From positions 864,001 to 928,000 of the forward strand of contig CAWHHI010000016.1 in NCBI GenBank assembly GCA_963829055.1: a stretch of 64,000 bases of DNA, in the 5' to 3' direction. Made by a program: the position numbers and the translations under genes. Each line of letters opens with the position of its first letter. The first letter of the stretch is position 1. This document shows positions 49,523 through 63,294 of the stretch, in pieces. Below the pieces are notes generated by a model, which saw only the letters and a list, made by a program, of their open reading frames with translations, ran no database searches and was not told where the DNA came from. Source of the stretch: an uncultured Gemmatimonadaceae bacterium (GTDB lineage Bacteria; Gemmatimonadota; Gemmatimonadetes; Gemmatimonadales; Gemmatimonadaceae).

Positions 49523-50789
49523 TCAGGCCTCTTTCCTAACGCCTGAGGCCTCCGGCCTCGCGATCACCGTCGTGGATGCCATGTGGCCCGTCACGTTCGC
49601 CAGCGTGTTGAACATGTCGGGAATGGTGTCGACCGCGATGAGAAGGCCGACGCCCTCCGGCGGCAGGCCGAGTGACACGAGCACCGGCGCGATCATGAAG
49701 AGGCTCGCGCTCGGAATGCCCGGCACGCTGAAGCTGATGAGCACCGCCGTGATCAGCACCCACACCAGCGCCGTGAATCCCACCGTCCACCCCGTAGAGC
49801 TGACCGAGGAACACCGCGCTGATCACCCAGCGCGGCGGGACGTTCATCCGGAGGACCGACACCGCGAGCGGCAGCGCGAAGCTCGTCGCCACCGGCGGCA
49901 GCAGCCAGACGGTCACGCGTCTCGCGCAGCATCGCCGGCAACGCCGCGAGCGACGATCGCGAGCTCATCGCCACCGCCTGCGCCGGTAACGCGGCGACCG
50001 CGAAGGAGCGCAGCGACACTCGGCCGAACAGCGAGCACCGGCATGTACAGCATCAGCCGTCACGAGCAGCAGCGTGGCCGACAAGCACGACGATGTAGAA
50101 CAGCAGCGCGCCCGCCGCCTGAATGCCCGTGCGCGCCGCAACCGACAGGGACAGCGCGAACACGCCGACCGGAGCAGCCGCGAGCACCCATCCGACGATC
50201 ACCAGCATGGCGTCGCTCACGCCACTGAAGAAGCCGACGATCGACGTCGCGCAGCGGCGGCGCGAGACGTGCGATGGCGAGCGCCAGCACCAGCGTGAAG
50301 ACGACGAGCGGCAGCATTGCGCCGTCCGCCGCCGCGCGAATGGGATTCGCGGGAACGTCTCGACGATGCGCTGCGCGAGCGACGGAAGCTGCTGCACCGC
50401 CGTCGACGGTCGACGACGCCGCCGTTGTGGCCGACGCCCGGAGGCGTTCCGCGACGTCAGGAGTGAGTGGAAGACGCGCCAGCAGCGGCGGCGCGATCGC
50501 GAGCGCGATCAGTCCGCCAAGCGACGAGCAGAACGGCGAACGTCACGAGCGCGCGCGCGCCGAGCCGACCGAGCGACCGCGAACCGAAGTCCGGTGACGA
50601 CGCCGGTGATGAGCACCGCAACGACCAGCGGCACGACGGTCATGCGAATGGCGTTGACCCACAGCGTGCCTAACGGCTCGATGATCGCGACGAGCCGCAG
50701 CACGCCCGGACTACGAGGTCGCGGCGGCGATGCTGCCGAGCACGAAGCCCGGCGACGAGCGCGGCGAGAACGTAGGTTGCGGATCTCAC
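49523..50789 (-). CDS. Dicarboxylate/amino acid:cation symporter (frameshifted)
   Basis: LWVNAIRMTVVPLV, SSRSSLAALP, FALPLAVS, SVPGIP, IAVDTIPDMFNTLANVTG. Confidence 0.9.
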
Positions 50790-50835
50790 GAGGCGGATGA
50801 GGGGACGACCGGTGTTGACGCTCACGGCCGCGAGG

Positions 50836-51331
50836 TCAGAGATCGGCGACGCGATGCAGCGCGTCACCGTGAGTCGGTACACCGTCCAATCGTTCATCGG
50901 AATCGCGCGCCGATGCTCTGATAGAACCGGATGGCGGACTCGTTCCAGTCGAGCACCCACCATTCCAGGCGGCCGCATTTGCGCTCGACCGCGAGACGCG
51001 CAAGGTGCGACAGTAGACGCCGCCCGACACCGCGGCTGCGATATGCAGGGAGGACGAACAGGTCCTCGAGGTAGAGCCCGCGGCGTCCGAGGAACGTCGA
51101 GTAGTTGTGGAAGAAGAGCGCGAATCCCGCGACCTCGGCGCCGACGTACGCGAGCACGACCTCTGCGCGCCGGCCAGTCGCCGAACAGGGACTCGCGAAT
51201 GTCGTCCTCCGTCGCCTCGACCTCGTGCTCGAGCCGCTCGTACTCCGCGAGTCCCCTGATGAGCGAGAGGATCGTACTGGCGTGTCGCGTTCCGTCGCAG
51301 TCACGATGCGGATGTCGGCGGCAGGCGTCAT
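50836..51331 (-). CDS. GNAT acetyltransferase (SSAT-like)
   Basis: LAEYER, FFHNYSTFLGRRGLYLEDLFV, RSRGVG, VLDWNESAIRFY. Confidence 0.92.
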
Positions 51332-52454
51332 CGCTCGAGGAAGATGGTCGCAACGCCGTCGGAGAGCGCGTCGATGGGAGCCGCGCCGCGATTGACGAGC
51401 ACGACCACCGTGAGGCCAACGTCAGGATATCGCTGGATCGCGGTGCGGAACCCTATGCTGTCACCCTCGTGACGTTGTCGTCGCTGGCCGCGAAAGCTGT
51501 CGAGGAACCACCCGAATCCGTACGACGTGCGCTCGCCTGACGCGAGGGTGGACGGCGTGGTTGCCGCCTGCGAAGCTCGCGGCGCTCAACACCGCGTTAT
51601 GCGCGAGGGCCGCACTCCAGTGTGCGAGCTCCTCGGCTGACGCGTAGATGCCGCCGTCGCCGAGGACTGCGCTGGTTCGGTTCTGATCGGTTCGCGTCCA
51701 CGCGCCCGACTGGCCCGAGTGACCGTAGGCGCGGTTGGCCACCGTGTCCACGCCCTCCTCGTGCGCGACGGCGGTCGGCATGCCCGCGCGATCAAACACT
51801 CGGTGTCGGAGGTATTGGGCGAACGACTCACCGGACACGCGCTCGACGATGAGCGCCAGGAGCGCGTAGCCGGAGTTGCTGTAGCGCCACGACGTACCCG
51901 GCGGGAAATACAACTTCTTCGCCCGATGGAGCAACGTCAGGACGTCACGATCCTTCGAGCTGAGGGCCGTCGTCGCTGCCGAGCAACACTTCGTAGTCGG
52001 GGATGCCGGACGTGTGCGCGAGGAGATGCCTAACGCGCACATCGCGGGCATAGACGGGCACGTCGTCGAGCACGTCCCCGACCCTGTCATCGAGGCGGAG
52101 CTTCCCTGCCTCCACCAGCGTGAGGATCGCCGCAGCCGTGAACTGCTTCGTCACCGACGCCAGTCGAAACGAAGTCGACGGCGTCACGCCGATGCCGTGC
52201 TCGACATCCGCGAGGCCGTACCCGCGCGCGAACACGATGGAATCCCCACGCGCCACGACGACCGCGGCGCCAGGCGCGCCCGGTTCAGCGAAGGCCGTGA
52301 ACAGCGCGTCCACGCGCGCCTGCTGGGCAGTGTCTACCGCCTCGCGCGACGACTGCGCCAGCACAGACTCGTGCGCTATGGACATCGCAGCGACAAACAG
52401 CGCGACCGACGTCGTGACGCGCCAGCCGCGATCATGCCGGCGCGCTGCGTTCAC
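51328..52454 (-). CDS. Serine hydrolase, beta-lactamase family
   Basis: FRLASVTKQF, LLAHTSGIPDY, YSNSGY, GDGGIY. Confidence 0.9.
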
Positions 52455-52936
52455 GAAGCTGCTCTTCGGTCAGCCCGTAGAGCGGCGGCGTTCGCACATC
52501 GAGCATGCCGAGCATGAGGTAGAGCTGCCCGCGATGATGGATCTCGTGCTCGACCATCGCGCGCAGCCACTTCCACGTCGTGATGCTGGTGCCGGCCGGC
52601 GTCGTGCAGCGGCCGGCGAGCGCCTCGGGCGTGAGCGAGCGGTAGATGTCGAGCGCCTCGGCGTGCGTGCGATCGAGGTAGGCGAGCACGGCGTCGTAGC
52701 CGTCGGCGAGTCGCGACCGTGACCGGGATACGTGCTCGTGTTCCCGCGCGCCGTCTCGGCGAACATGTAGCGCTCGGTCGCGCCGAGGTGCCGCACGAGG
52801 TCGCCGAGCGTGAACGCGCCATCGCGATGCGTCCACTCGATCCGATCGGGCGGGATGCGTCTCGACGACGCGGCGCGTGCGACCGCGCACGCTGTCCACG
52901 TAGCTCGAGGAAGTCGTCAATGCGGGAAATGATCAC
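52432..52936 (-). CDS. DinB family protein
   Basis: TLGDLVRHLGATERYMF; WKWLRAMVEHEIHHRGQLY. Confidence 0.88.
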
Positions 52937-53482
52937 GGGAGATCGATCCGTTGAAGCGTTCAGGCGACCAGCGACGATCTTCGCGGTCGTCACGAGCTGG
53001 CCCGTGTGCCGGTGCGTATGCTCGGCCGCAGTGAAACAGCAGGCCGAGCACGTTGGATGGCAGAGCGCGGCGCGCCCGACCGACCGCGCGAGCATGAGGT
53101 CCGAATCGGGGTCGACGCGCAGCGACCTCGACGGCGGAGTCGATGGCGGTCTGCGCGACGCGACCAGCGTGGCAGCGGTGTCGGGCGGTTCGTCCCGGCT
53201 CAGCCTTCGGCACGCAGGAGCCAGCGATCTGCTCGCGATCGAGCTGCGCGCCGCGCGCGTACGTGAGCAGTCGGTCGAGGCTTCCGACAATGTGGCGCAG
53301 GTGAAAGCCGGCCGACGCCGCGCCGCCGGGCCGGCCCAGAGCTGCTCCGTCGTTAGGCGGGATGCCGCGGCTTCGATCTCCTCGCGGCACTGCAGCAGGC
53401 AGTGCGCCGCAGGCATGAGCAGCGGCGACACGCCCGGCAGCGGTCCGCGGAGCCAGACTTCGGGAAGCTGTTCGGAGCTCAT
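52933..53482 (-). CDS. DinB family protein
   Basis: PEVWLRGPL; GFHLRHIVGSLDRLLTYA; AEHTHRHTGQLVTT. Confidence 0.85.
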
Positions 53483-53533
53483 GGTCGGAACCGAGCCGGG
53501 GCGCCGTCGACGGCGCGCCCGGCCACTCGTCGT

Positions 53534-56500
53534 CTACTTCTGCGGCTTCTTCGACAGCGATCGGTAGTACTCGTCGACCATCTGCCGGAAGCCCGGCCGG
53601 CACGTCGCCCGACACCCCCGAGCACTGGGCCGACCCTTGTCGTTGCCTTCGACCTGGCGTCGGAGCGCAAACTCGAACGCCTTGAGCCCTTCGATCAGCG
53701 AATGCTGCAGCCGCTCGACCGACGCGGGATCATCGTAGTTCTTCCCGTTCTCGAGCTGACGCATCTGGTCGATCATCCGATTGAGATCCGACGGATCGAC
53801 GCCCATCTGCTGCAGCTCGCGCTTGAGCTGCTCCGCCGACTGGCGCTGATTCCGGAACTCACGCGAGAACTGGCGGATGTCGTCGGCGCTGAGGCGCGCC
53901 CGTTAGGCGTGCCCGCCCTGCTGCGTTGCCGCCGAGTCGACCACCGGGACCCTGCTGGTTGCTCTGCGAGCCACCACCACCCATCTGGCCGCCCTGTCCG
54001 CTGCTGCCACCCTGCTGACCGCCCTGTCCTTGCTGGCCCTGGCCCTGTTGACCCTGGCCTTGGCCCTGTTGTCCTTGCTGTCCCTGTCCTTGTTGCCCCT
54101 GCTGGCCCTGTTGCCCCTGGCCCTGCTGGCCGTTCTGGCCCTGCTGCTGACCACGTTGACCCTGCTGGCCACTCTGCCTTGCTGGCCACTCTGCTGTCCG
54201 CTCTGCCCCTGCTGGCCGTTCTGCTGTCCGTTCTGGGCGCTCTGTTGCCCTGCTGCCCGTTCTGTCCCTGCTGATTGCCCGGAGCGCCTCGCGAGCCCTG
54301 CGCGCCCGCGCGCGACGAATCCTCCTGATCGCCACCCTCGACCGAGTCGGCGCTGTCGCATCCGTTCGCTGAGCGACTCCTGGCCGCGCACGAGGTCGCG
54401 AGCTCGGTCGAGCGACTTGCTCGCCGCCTTGACCATCCGCCTCGCCGCGCGACGCGCGCCGCGGCCTCGTTCACCTTCTGACGCATCTCCTCGACGCCGT
54501 CGGTGATCGCCGACTCGAACTGCTTGGCGTACTCCGGCGACGTCGTCCCTGCACCAGCGCCTGCGTTAGGCGCTGGCGATGCCTGCACCCGATCGGCGAG
54601 CCGGTTCTCGCGCATCGACTCGACCGCCTCCTGCATCTTCCGCGACGCCTGTCCGCGTGGTCCTTCTGCGAGTCGCGCCGCATGCGATCGAGCTGGCGAC
54701 TCGAGCTGCCTAACGTCGTTCTCGATCCCTTCTGACGTCCTCGGCCAACCGATTCACCTTCCGCCGCGTCCGGCCTGCCGCTCGCGGCGCCCTTCCCGAG
54801 CTTGTCGACGTCATCCGGCAATCTGACGCTGATCGTTCGCGATCTTCTCGGCTTTCTGCACGGCGTCATCGAGGTCGCGCGCCGTGCGACCGTTGCGGTT
54901 CTCGTCGAGCAGTCGCCGCGCTTCCTGCAGTCGATCGAGCGCCGACGCGCCCTGCGAGACGCCGCCATCGTTCGCGCCGGTGGCCGAGCGACGCATGGCG
55001 TTCGCCGCATCCTGCAGGCGTCGCGCACTCTCCTCGATCTTGTCGTTGTTCGCGATCTGCGGATTCTCGCGCGTCGAGCCGCTCGAGCTGACGCGCCATC
55101 TGCTCGGCCTCGTCGGCGAGTTGGCGCTGACTCCCACCGCCACCGCCGCTCTGCTGGCCCGGCTGACCGCGCATGCCGTTCTTGAGACGCTCGTTCTCCT
55201 GCTGCAGTCGGCTCGAGAGCTGCTTCAGCTTCTCCGCCGTCTCGTCGACCTGGTTGTCGGCCTGCTGCTGCTGGCGTGCCGCGATCGACCGTCTCGTACT
55301 GATTGCGAAGCTTGTTCGCGTCGAGCTCGAACAGGTCGGCGAGATCCTCGGCGTTCGACTGCTTGTTGCCCGCCGCCACCGCCGCCGCTGTTGGCCGCGC
55401 GTAATCTGGTATTCCTTGAACGCCGCCTCGGCACGCTGCAGGTGCTGGAGCGCGCGCTGCTCGGGCGGAAGCGCGTCGACGGAATTGCGCGCGAGGAGCT
55501 TCTCCTCGGCGACCTGCATCTCCTTCGCGGCCTGCGGCAGCTCCTCGGCGATGATGCTGAACGCCGTGTCGATCGCCGTGATGTTGCGCTCCATCATGCG
55601 GCGCGACGAGCGTCTCGACCGCTTCGCGCACGCGCCCCTGCGAGAGGTTGAGCGTCGCGAAGTTCTCGCGCAGCCGGTTCGCGGGCGTCGTCTTGCGATC
55701 GCGGTCGACGTTGAACGTGCCGGCGACGACCTGACGCTGTCGCTCGGTCAGCTCGCCCGGATCGTCGGCCGCCACCACCGCCGCCGCCGCCGGCCTGCTC
55801 CGACTGCTTGTAGGTCTGGTCGAACGGCCTAACGCTCATGAAGTAGATGTCGGTCTTCGCTTCCTGACCGTTGCCGCCATTGTCGCGAGCGCGCGCGTAG
55901 TAGGACACGAGGTCGCCGGGCTTGAGGCCGAGCTCCTCGAGGAAGAACGTGTGTCCGGCGACGACTTCGCGGAGTCGCTTGCCTCCCGCCTGCAGCGACG
56001 ACCGTCTTCTCTGGCCCGCCGTTCACCGAGTACATGAGATCGATCGTTCGAGACGCCGTAGTCGTCGGTGGCCTGCACCTGCGTGAAGACCTCGTCCACC
56101 GCAGTGACCTTCGTGTCGCGCCCCGGCTTCTCGAACGTGATCGTCGGCGGCCGGTCGTCGAGCACGTCGATCGTGTAGTCGAGCGAGCCGGGAACGAACT
56201 CTCCGCGCTCGCGTCTGCAGCTCGAGCTTGTAGAAGCCGTTCGCGATCACCTGAATCGGCGCCGTGAGCGTGCCGTCGCCGTTCAGCGTGAGCGGCGTCG
56301 GCTCCTTGCCTTCGATGAGCAGCCGACCGCCCTTCACCGGCATGGTGCGTCGTCGCGTGCACGATGACCGTCGTTCCACGCGGCGCCGCGATGTCGCCGC
56401 CGTCCGGCAACGGTCTCCGACGGCATCCCGGTGTACCCGGGATAGCGATACTCGAGATCGATCTTCTTGACGTACGGCAGATTGGCGACGTCGATGCGGA

Positions 56501-57350
56501 AGAGCGCGAGACCTGACGCCGTTCGACTCGACGTAGTACTCGGTTCGCTCGGCGATGTCGAACAGCCGAATCGAGAAGTGAGCGGAGTCGCCGCCGGCCG
56601 TCATGGGGAGTCGCTCCCACTGCGGCCGCCGCGCCGCGGCGCACCGCGAGCTGCACGCCCTCGGCCGTGAAGCCGCGCAGCGTCGCGGCTCACTTCCTGA
56701 TCGCCGCCCTTGGCGACGGTCACGTTACCCGGCAGGACGGCGATCGCGTACGGCTGCGCCGCTTCCGCGCTGCGCCACGGCGCCAGCAGCAGACGCGCGC
56801 CATCGCGCAGGAACGTCGGGCCCGACTCCGACCGCGAGAAGCCCAATCAGCGCCGCACCGCGCCGCGAACATCGCCGCGCGCAGAATTTGTGGCTGATCG
56901 ACGCGCGCTCCATCGGAGACCGCATGGCTCCGCTCGATCGCGCTCTCGACGAGGCGCCGCGCGAGCAGCGGCGAGCGATCGGGCGTGTCCTGCGGTGAGC
57001 TTGCCGTGTTCGACCGCGCTCAGCACGGCGGCGTCGAGCGACGGCTCGTGCTCCTCGAGGTAGAGCGCGACGTGCTCGTCGCTCGCGCGTCGCAGCAGCG
57101 GCCGCACGAGGTACTGGACGAGGAGCACCGCGAGCATGACATAGGCCGCGATCCGCACGCCGGTGATCGCGCCGGGCGCGAAGCGCGCGGTCTGCATGAC
57201 GTAGGCGCCGACGAGTACCGCGACGACGAGCGCGCCGAGGACGATCGCGGCACCGCGGAGCGCGAGCTTGAGGCGCCAGCGTGCACGCACGCGGCGGATG
57301 ACACCGAGCAGCGTTTCGTGGGCCGAGGTGATCTCGATCGTGCTGGCCAT
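53534..57350 (-). CDS. Large membrane-anchored coiled-coil protein with Q/G-rich tail (DUF4175-like; many frameshifts)
   Basis: N-terminal TM helices; Ig-like middle (DDRPPTITF, ATDDYGV, SYYARARDN); coiled coil; QQGQ repeats 53960-54300; ends MVDEYYRSLS. Confidence 0.75.
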
Positions 57351-57364
57351 CGTCGCTCTCCTGC

Positions 57365-59459
57365 CTAACGTGGAACCGCGATGCGCCGCGACAGCTGGTT
57401 CGAGAGCAAGGTCTCCCCCACCAGCAACAGCAGCACCGCAGCCAACAAGATACCACCAGAATCCCTGACGCCGTTCGAGCTCGACGGGCGTGGAGGCCTC
57501 GACGCCGACGACGCGGAGTCCGCCCCCGCGCGGGCGACCATCGCTCCCGTGAGCAGCTGCGGCTCGACCGCCGTCAGGTCCGACTCGGCGAGGTCGACGT
57601 TCACCGCAACCACTCGCGGCTCTCCGCGCGACCCCGCGCGCTGCAACTCGTAGAAGCCCTGCTCCGCCAAGCTCGACCGACCGTTTTGCTGTCCCCTCGA
57701 GACGTGTGCGCTCACCCGACGGTGCGACGACGACGTAGTCCGCCTTGTTCGCGGCGTCGCCCGACCCGGTGCTATCGCGAAAAATGGCCGGGAGGTTCGC
57801 GACCTGTCCAACCACGCTCCACGGCCGCTCGTCCGCATAGGCCGCGGCGTACTTCGCCATCTGATGTGCTACCGGGAGGAATACCGGCTGGAGCGGCAGG
57901 TCGTTCCAGATGCCGTCGAACGACGACGTCCAGACGAGCACGCGTCCGCGGCCGACCTTCCGCTCGAGCAACGCGATGTGTCCGTCGTCGAAGCGCGCGA
58001 GCTGTTCGTCGCCGGGCGCGGGGGTGACGCTGCGATAGCGGAAGAAGCGCGGCGTCGAGAAGTCACCGCTCCGCGGCGCGCTGAACAGCTCGAAGATCGG
58101 ATGACTCCGGTCGATGTAGCCGAGCGTGCCGCCACGATCGCCGCTGCGATCGATCGGCGCGTCCGCGGTGGCGGGCAGCAGCTGCTCGGCATACGCGGGC
58201 CGGTCACGCGGCGCGGCGCGGTCACCCATGGCGACGAGCAGTCCGCCACCGTTCTGCACGTACTCGACGAGTCGACGACCGAGCTCGCCACCAGGGAGAT
58301 CGGAATCGTTGAAGAGGATCAGCGATCGGCCGACGAAATCGGCCGCGGTCACGGAGCCGAGCCGCTTCGTCGTCACGCGGAAGTTCGGCTGCGATCCCGA
58401 TGCCGAGCGCACGCTCGACGTACAGACTGCGCGGCGCGCCGCCTTCGCGGTCGATCGATCACGAGAACCGACAGCGCCTGTCCGCGGGAGATCGCGAAGA
58501 AGAACGAGTTGTCTCGCGGCAACGCATCGTCGCGCGCTGCGCACGACACCACGCGTCGTGCCCGCCGGCAGTGGAGCGGCCGTGAACTCGACTGTCGCCG
58601 CGGCGTTCGCGGCGAGATTCACCTGCTTCGTCTCGAGCACGCGACCATTGAGCTCGAGCGTCACCGAGTGCCCGGTCTTCGCCTCGGCCGATCGGTTGAC
58701 GAGCCGGGCCGTGATCGCGACGCGCTCGCGATCCTCGGCGTAGTCGCGACGGAAGTCGACGCCCGTAACGGCAATGTTCGACGTCTTCGGTGTCCGCGAG
58801 ATCGACCTTGTTGATCGTTGTTCCGGACGGCACCGACGGCGAATCCCGCCCATCCCAGCCGACGCGCTGGAAGTCGGAGATGAGCAGGACCTCGCGCCGC
58901 GGCAGCTTGGAGTCGGCGAGGACGCGCTGCGCGAGCTTGAACGCCGGCTCGTAGCGGGTCGCGCCGGCGCTCGGCCTAACGCCGATCGAGCGACGTCGTC
59001 AGCACGGCCTTGTCGGCGGTCGGCTCGGTGGCGGCGGTCGCGGTCCGTCGAACAACACGAGGACGCGCGATCGTTCGCGCCAAGCCCGCCGATCGCCCGC
59101 TTGGCGGCATCGACGGCGCGCGTCCAGCGATCGCCGTAGCCATGCTGTACGAGCGATCGAGCAGGATCACGAGCTCACGCGCCCCGAGCGACCGCTGACG
59201 GGCGTCGCGGCGGCAGGCTCGGTTGAGGAACGGCCGAGCGAATGCGAGCGCGAGCAGGATCAGCGCGAGGCAGCGGAGCGCGAACAGCAGCCAGTGCCGG
59301 ATACGTTGGCGGCGCACCGCCTGATACGGGATGCGACTCAGGAACATCAGCGACGGGAAGACGACGACGTCCTTCCGCTCCTTGTGCGTGAGGTGCACGA
59401 GGATCGGAACGGCGAGGGCGACGAGCCCGGCGAAGAAACAGTGGCGCGAGGAAAGACAT
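57365..59459 (-). CDS. BatA-domain / vWA membrane protein (frameshifted)
   Basis: MSFLAPLF..LAVPILVHL..FPSLMFL..LAFARP; LLDRSYSM; LISDFQ; WNDLPLQPVF; AVNVDLAESD; C-terminal TM. Confidence 0.85.
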
Positions 59460-60369
59460 TACCGCACCCGCGTCAGGAACTGACGCCGCGAAAGGAACGC
59501 GAACAACGCGTGGTCGAGCGGCATCGACGTGTCGAACAGCTGGTAGTCGACGCCCTGATCGCCGCAGAGCTGCTCGATCTCGGCGATGTGCGCGCGGATC
59601 ATCGTGCGGTACTGGTCGCGCAGATATTCCGGAATCACCGGGAATGCGCTCACCGGTCTCGATGTCCTCGAAGCTCGTGGCACCGTCGTACGGGAACTCG
59701 AGCTCCGCCGTGTCGAGGACGTGCATCGCCATGATGTCGTTGCCGCGGCCGCGCAGCTGCGCGAACGCGTCGAGGATCTTGCGCGGATCCTCGTAGAAAT
59801 CGGAGATGACGAGCAGCATGCTGCGCCGCTTGAACTGCTCGGCGAGCTTGCGGAACACGCGCTCGATGTTCCCCGCGCGCTGCGGCGTCGCACGCGCGAG
59901 CGCGTGCAGCACGTTAGGCAGGTGCTTCGCCGACGGCGGCACGATCTCGACGACGTCCTCGTCCAACGTGATGAGCCCGACGCGGTCGCGCTGCTGGTTC
60001 GAGAAGTAGGCGAGGCACGCGGCGAGCGTGCGCGCGTAGTCGAGCTTCGTCACGGTGCCGCTGCCGAAGCTCATGGACTTCGAGACGTCGAGCAGCACGT
60101 TGAAGTTCGTGTTGGTGTCGGCCTCGTATTCCTTGATGTAGTAGCGGTCGACGCGCCCGTAGAGCCGCCAGTCGATGCGCCGAATGTCGTCGCCGGGCAT
60201 GTACTGCCGGTGCTCCGCGAAGTCGATCGATGTGCCGAGATGCGGCGACCGATGGAGACCGCCGAGAAACCCCTCGACGACGCGTGCGCGCGACGAGCTC
60301 GAGGTTCCCGATCCGCGCGAGGACGGCCGGATCGAGGAACTGGATCCCGGGGAGGGGTTGTTGGCTCAC
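59459..60369 (-). CDS. DUF58 family protein
   Basis: FAEHRQYMPGDDIRRIDWRLY; LLDVSKSM; VISDF. Confidence 0.92.
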
Positions 60370-60392
60370 TCAGCCTCCCCGCCGAACTGCAG

Positions 60393-60498
60393 GCTGGTGG
60401 CTGGGTGCTCGTGCTGGTCGGCTGGGTGACGCTTGTTGCCGGCTGGGCGCCGCACTCAGCGTCACCCAGCAACAAGCACGAGCACCCAGCAACCAGCG
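60393..60498. repeat. Inverted pair of the ~40-bp GCTGG-rich dispersed repeat
   Basis: GCTGGTGGCTGGGTGCTCGTGCTGG..GCTGGGTGACGCT and CAGCGTCACCCAGCAACAAGCACGAGCACCCAGCAACCAGC. Confidence 0.8.
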
Positions 60499-60509
60499 CT
60501 TGTCGCCGT

Positions 60510-61553
60510 TCACAAGTCCACTCTTTGGCGTGGGCACGACCTTGATGAGCTGACGCGATGATCTGGTCTGTCGTCACTCGCTCCGACTGCGCGTGGAAGT
60601 TGAGCAGGATGCGGTGGCGCAGCACCGGGCTGCGCCAGCGCGCGGATGTCGTCGAAGCCGACGTGGTAGCGTCCGTGCATGAGCGCCCGCGCCTTGCCGC
60701 CGAGGATCATCCACTGCGCCGCGCGCACGCTGGCGCCGTAGTTCACCCACTTCTTGATGAAGTCCGGCGCGTCGTCGCGACGTCGGACGCGAATACCGCG
60801 CGACGTTCACCGCATAACGAGTCACCGCTTCCGACACCGGCACTCGGCGCACGAGGCGCTGGAACTCGACGATGTCCTGGCCGTTGACGGCGTGCGAGAA
60901 CTGCGGATTCTGGATCGACGTCGTCGAACGCACGACGTCGATCTCCTGATCTTCCGTCAGGTACTCGATGATGATCTGGAACATGAATCGGTCGAGCTGC
61001 GCTTCGGGCAGCGGATACGTGCCCTCGAGCTCGATCGGGTTCTGCGTGGCGAAGACGAAGAACGGCTCCGTGAGCTCGTACGTCTTGCCCTGCACCGTCA
61101 CGCGATGCTCCTGCATCGCCTCGAGCATCGCCGACTGCGTCTTCGGCGGCGTGCGGTTGATCTCGTCGGCGAGCACGATGTTCGCGAACACCGGGCCCGG
61201 CGTGAAGACCATCCGCCGCTGCCCGGTCGCCGGCATCGTCCTGGATGATGTCGGTGCCGGTGATGTCCGACGGCATCAGGTCGGGCGTGAACTGGATGCG
61301 CGAGTACTTGAGATCGAGCACGCGCGCGATCGTGTGCACGAGCAGCGTCTTGGCGAGGCCGGGCACGCCGATGATCAGGCAGTTGCCGCCGGCGAACAAC
61401 GAGATGAGCATCTGCTCGATGACGTCGTCCTGGCCGATGATGAGCTTGCGCAGCTCCGCAGATGATCTGCTGGTGACCGCTGCGCAGGCGTCGGCGAGGG
61501 CAATGTCATCGGCGCTCGTAAGCGCGACTTGTTGTTCGACGGTTGAACTGCAT
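60510..61553 (-). CDS. MoxR family AAA+ ATPase
   Basis: [59 protein letters not shown]. Confidence 0.95.
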
Positions 61554-61632
61554 CGGGAATCGGGAATCGGGAATCGGGAATCGAACAATGTCGCTGGTCG
61601 TTCGACGGCTGATGGCTGATGGCTGATGGCTA
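61554..61632. repeat. Heptamer arrays (GGGAATC)x4 and (GATGGCT)x3
   Basis: Read directly at 61554-61582 and 61606-61632. Confidence 0.85.
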
Positions 61633-62372
61633 GTGCGTCAGTCCGTACGTGACATAGTTGACGGCGAACTTGTACGCGTCGTTCGTCAGGTTCACCGGAT
61701 ACAGATCATCGTTCGACCACTCCATGTAGTCGCCGATGTCGTTGTTGTAGTTGATGATCACCATCAACCGCTTCGTCCGGGTCGTTGTCCTCGAAGATGC
61801 CGTGGAACTCCGCCTGGATCGACGGGCGGTTCGGGTACGTCATCGCGAGCGACTCGAGATGGAAGAACGAATCGAACACCGGATGCGACACGTCCATCGG
61901 AACGATCTGAGCGCCGGGGAGCACCCGCAGCATCTGCTCCTCGAAGTTGAGCCACTCGCCGCCCCATGAAGTCGTCCACAATGAGGAAGCCACCTTGAGC
62001 AGATACTCACGCAGTCCCTTTGCTTCCGCATCGTTCATCACCCAGTAGCCGGGCTCCGACAGGTACGCGATCGGGAACTTGTACAGCTCCGGGTCATCCA
62101 GGTTGTGGATGTTGCTGCCATCCACGCGCGGGTTGATGCTCGTGATCTCCTTCAACGACCTTCATGAAGTGCCGCTCCATCGCCGGGTAATCGTACGACC
62201 ATCCGGCACTTCGGACTTCCTGATACCGCAGTCGCACGAACGTGAATCGCCCGTCGTACGGCACGTTAGGCTCCACGAACACGCGTCTCCGCCCGCCGAA
62301 CCCCTGCGCGAGGAGCGGAGCGGCCGCGACGATGGCCGCGAGAGCGATGAGGCGACGTCGACGCACGAGCAC
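61630..62372 (-). CDS. DUF4159 family protein (paralog 1)
   Basis: [51 protein letters not shown]. Confidence 0.85.
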
Positions 62373-62408
62373 GTTAGGTACGGGAATCGAGACCTCGATC
62401 GTTGGAGC

Positions 62409-62470
62409 GTGATGGCTGATAGCTGGATGGCTGATGGCTACGATGGCTGATGGCTGATGGCTGCGTGGCT
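62409..62470. repeat. Degenerate (GATGGCT)n heptamer array
   Basis: GATGGCTGATAGCTGGATGGCTGATGGCTACGATGGCTGATGGCTGATGGCT. Confidence 0.85.
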
Positions 62471-62523
62471 GAATCCGGCATGATGGCCAGATCGCCTGCT
62501 CTCAGCATGCTACGTCCGCTCCA

Positions 62524-63294
62524 CTAGTGCGTCAACGCGTACATGACGTAGTTCACGCCGAGCTGGTACGCCTCGTTCGTCAGGTCGATCGGGAGAAATC
62601 CCTGATCCGACCACTGCCACGCGTCGCCCATGTCGTTGTTGTAGTTCGCGATCACCATGAGACGCTTGGTCGGATCGTTGTTCTCGAAGATGCCGAGGTA
62701 CTGGACCGGCGGTCCGTAGATCCCGGGTTGCTGCAGATCCTCCTCATCGATGCGGAAGAACGAATCCCACACCGGGTGGTCCGGCGTCGACCGGCACCCA
62801 CTGCGCCTCGGGCAGCACGCGCTTCATCTGCTCCTGCAGGTTGTACCAGTGCTGAACACGCGGAAGTCGTCGATGATCATGAAGCCGCCCTTGAGGAGAT
62901 AGTCGTGAACGTTCTTCACGTCTTCGTCCGTCGGCTGCCAGTACCCGGGCTCCGAGAAGTACAGCGATCGGAGACCGCATGATCTCCGGATTCCCGAAGT
63001 CGAGCACGTTGCTCGAGTCCTGCCGCGGCTTCAGATACGACATCTCGGACAGGATCTTCATCGAGATGCCGCTCGGCCGTCGGATAGTCGTGCATCCAGC
63101 CCGGGCCCTTCGTTCGTCATGCCGCCGTAGCCGGGATAGCGGAGCCGCGTGAACGTTAGGCGCCCGTCGTACGACGGGTTGCCTTCGACCGGGAGGTCGC
63201 CGCCAAGAAAGCGTCGCTGCGCAGACAGCGTCACCGACGCGACGCCAATGAGCGCCAGACCCACGTACCGTCCGTACCGCCGCTGGAATTTCAT
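62524..63294 (-). CDS. DUF4159 family protein (paralog 2)
   Basis: YDGRLTFTRLRY, WMHDYP, EPGYW, GIFENNDPTKRLMVIANYNNDMGD, YALTH*. Confidence 0.85.

Noticed and set aside
53960..54300. Repetitive CCCTG/CTGGC tract as a CRISPR array or DNA repeat element
   Set aside because: It encodes the Gln/Gly low-complexity tail of the large protein and has no repeat-spacer structure.
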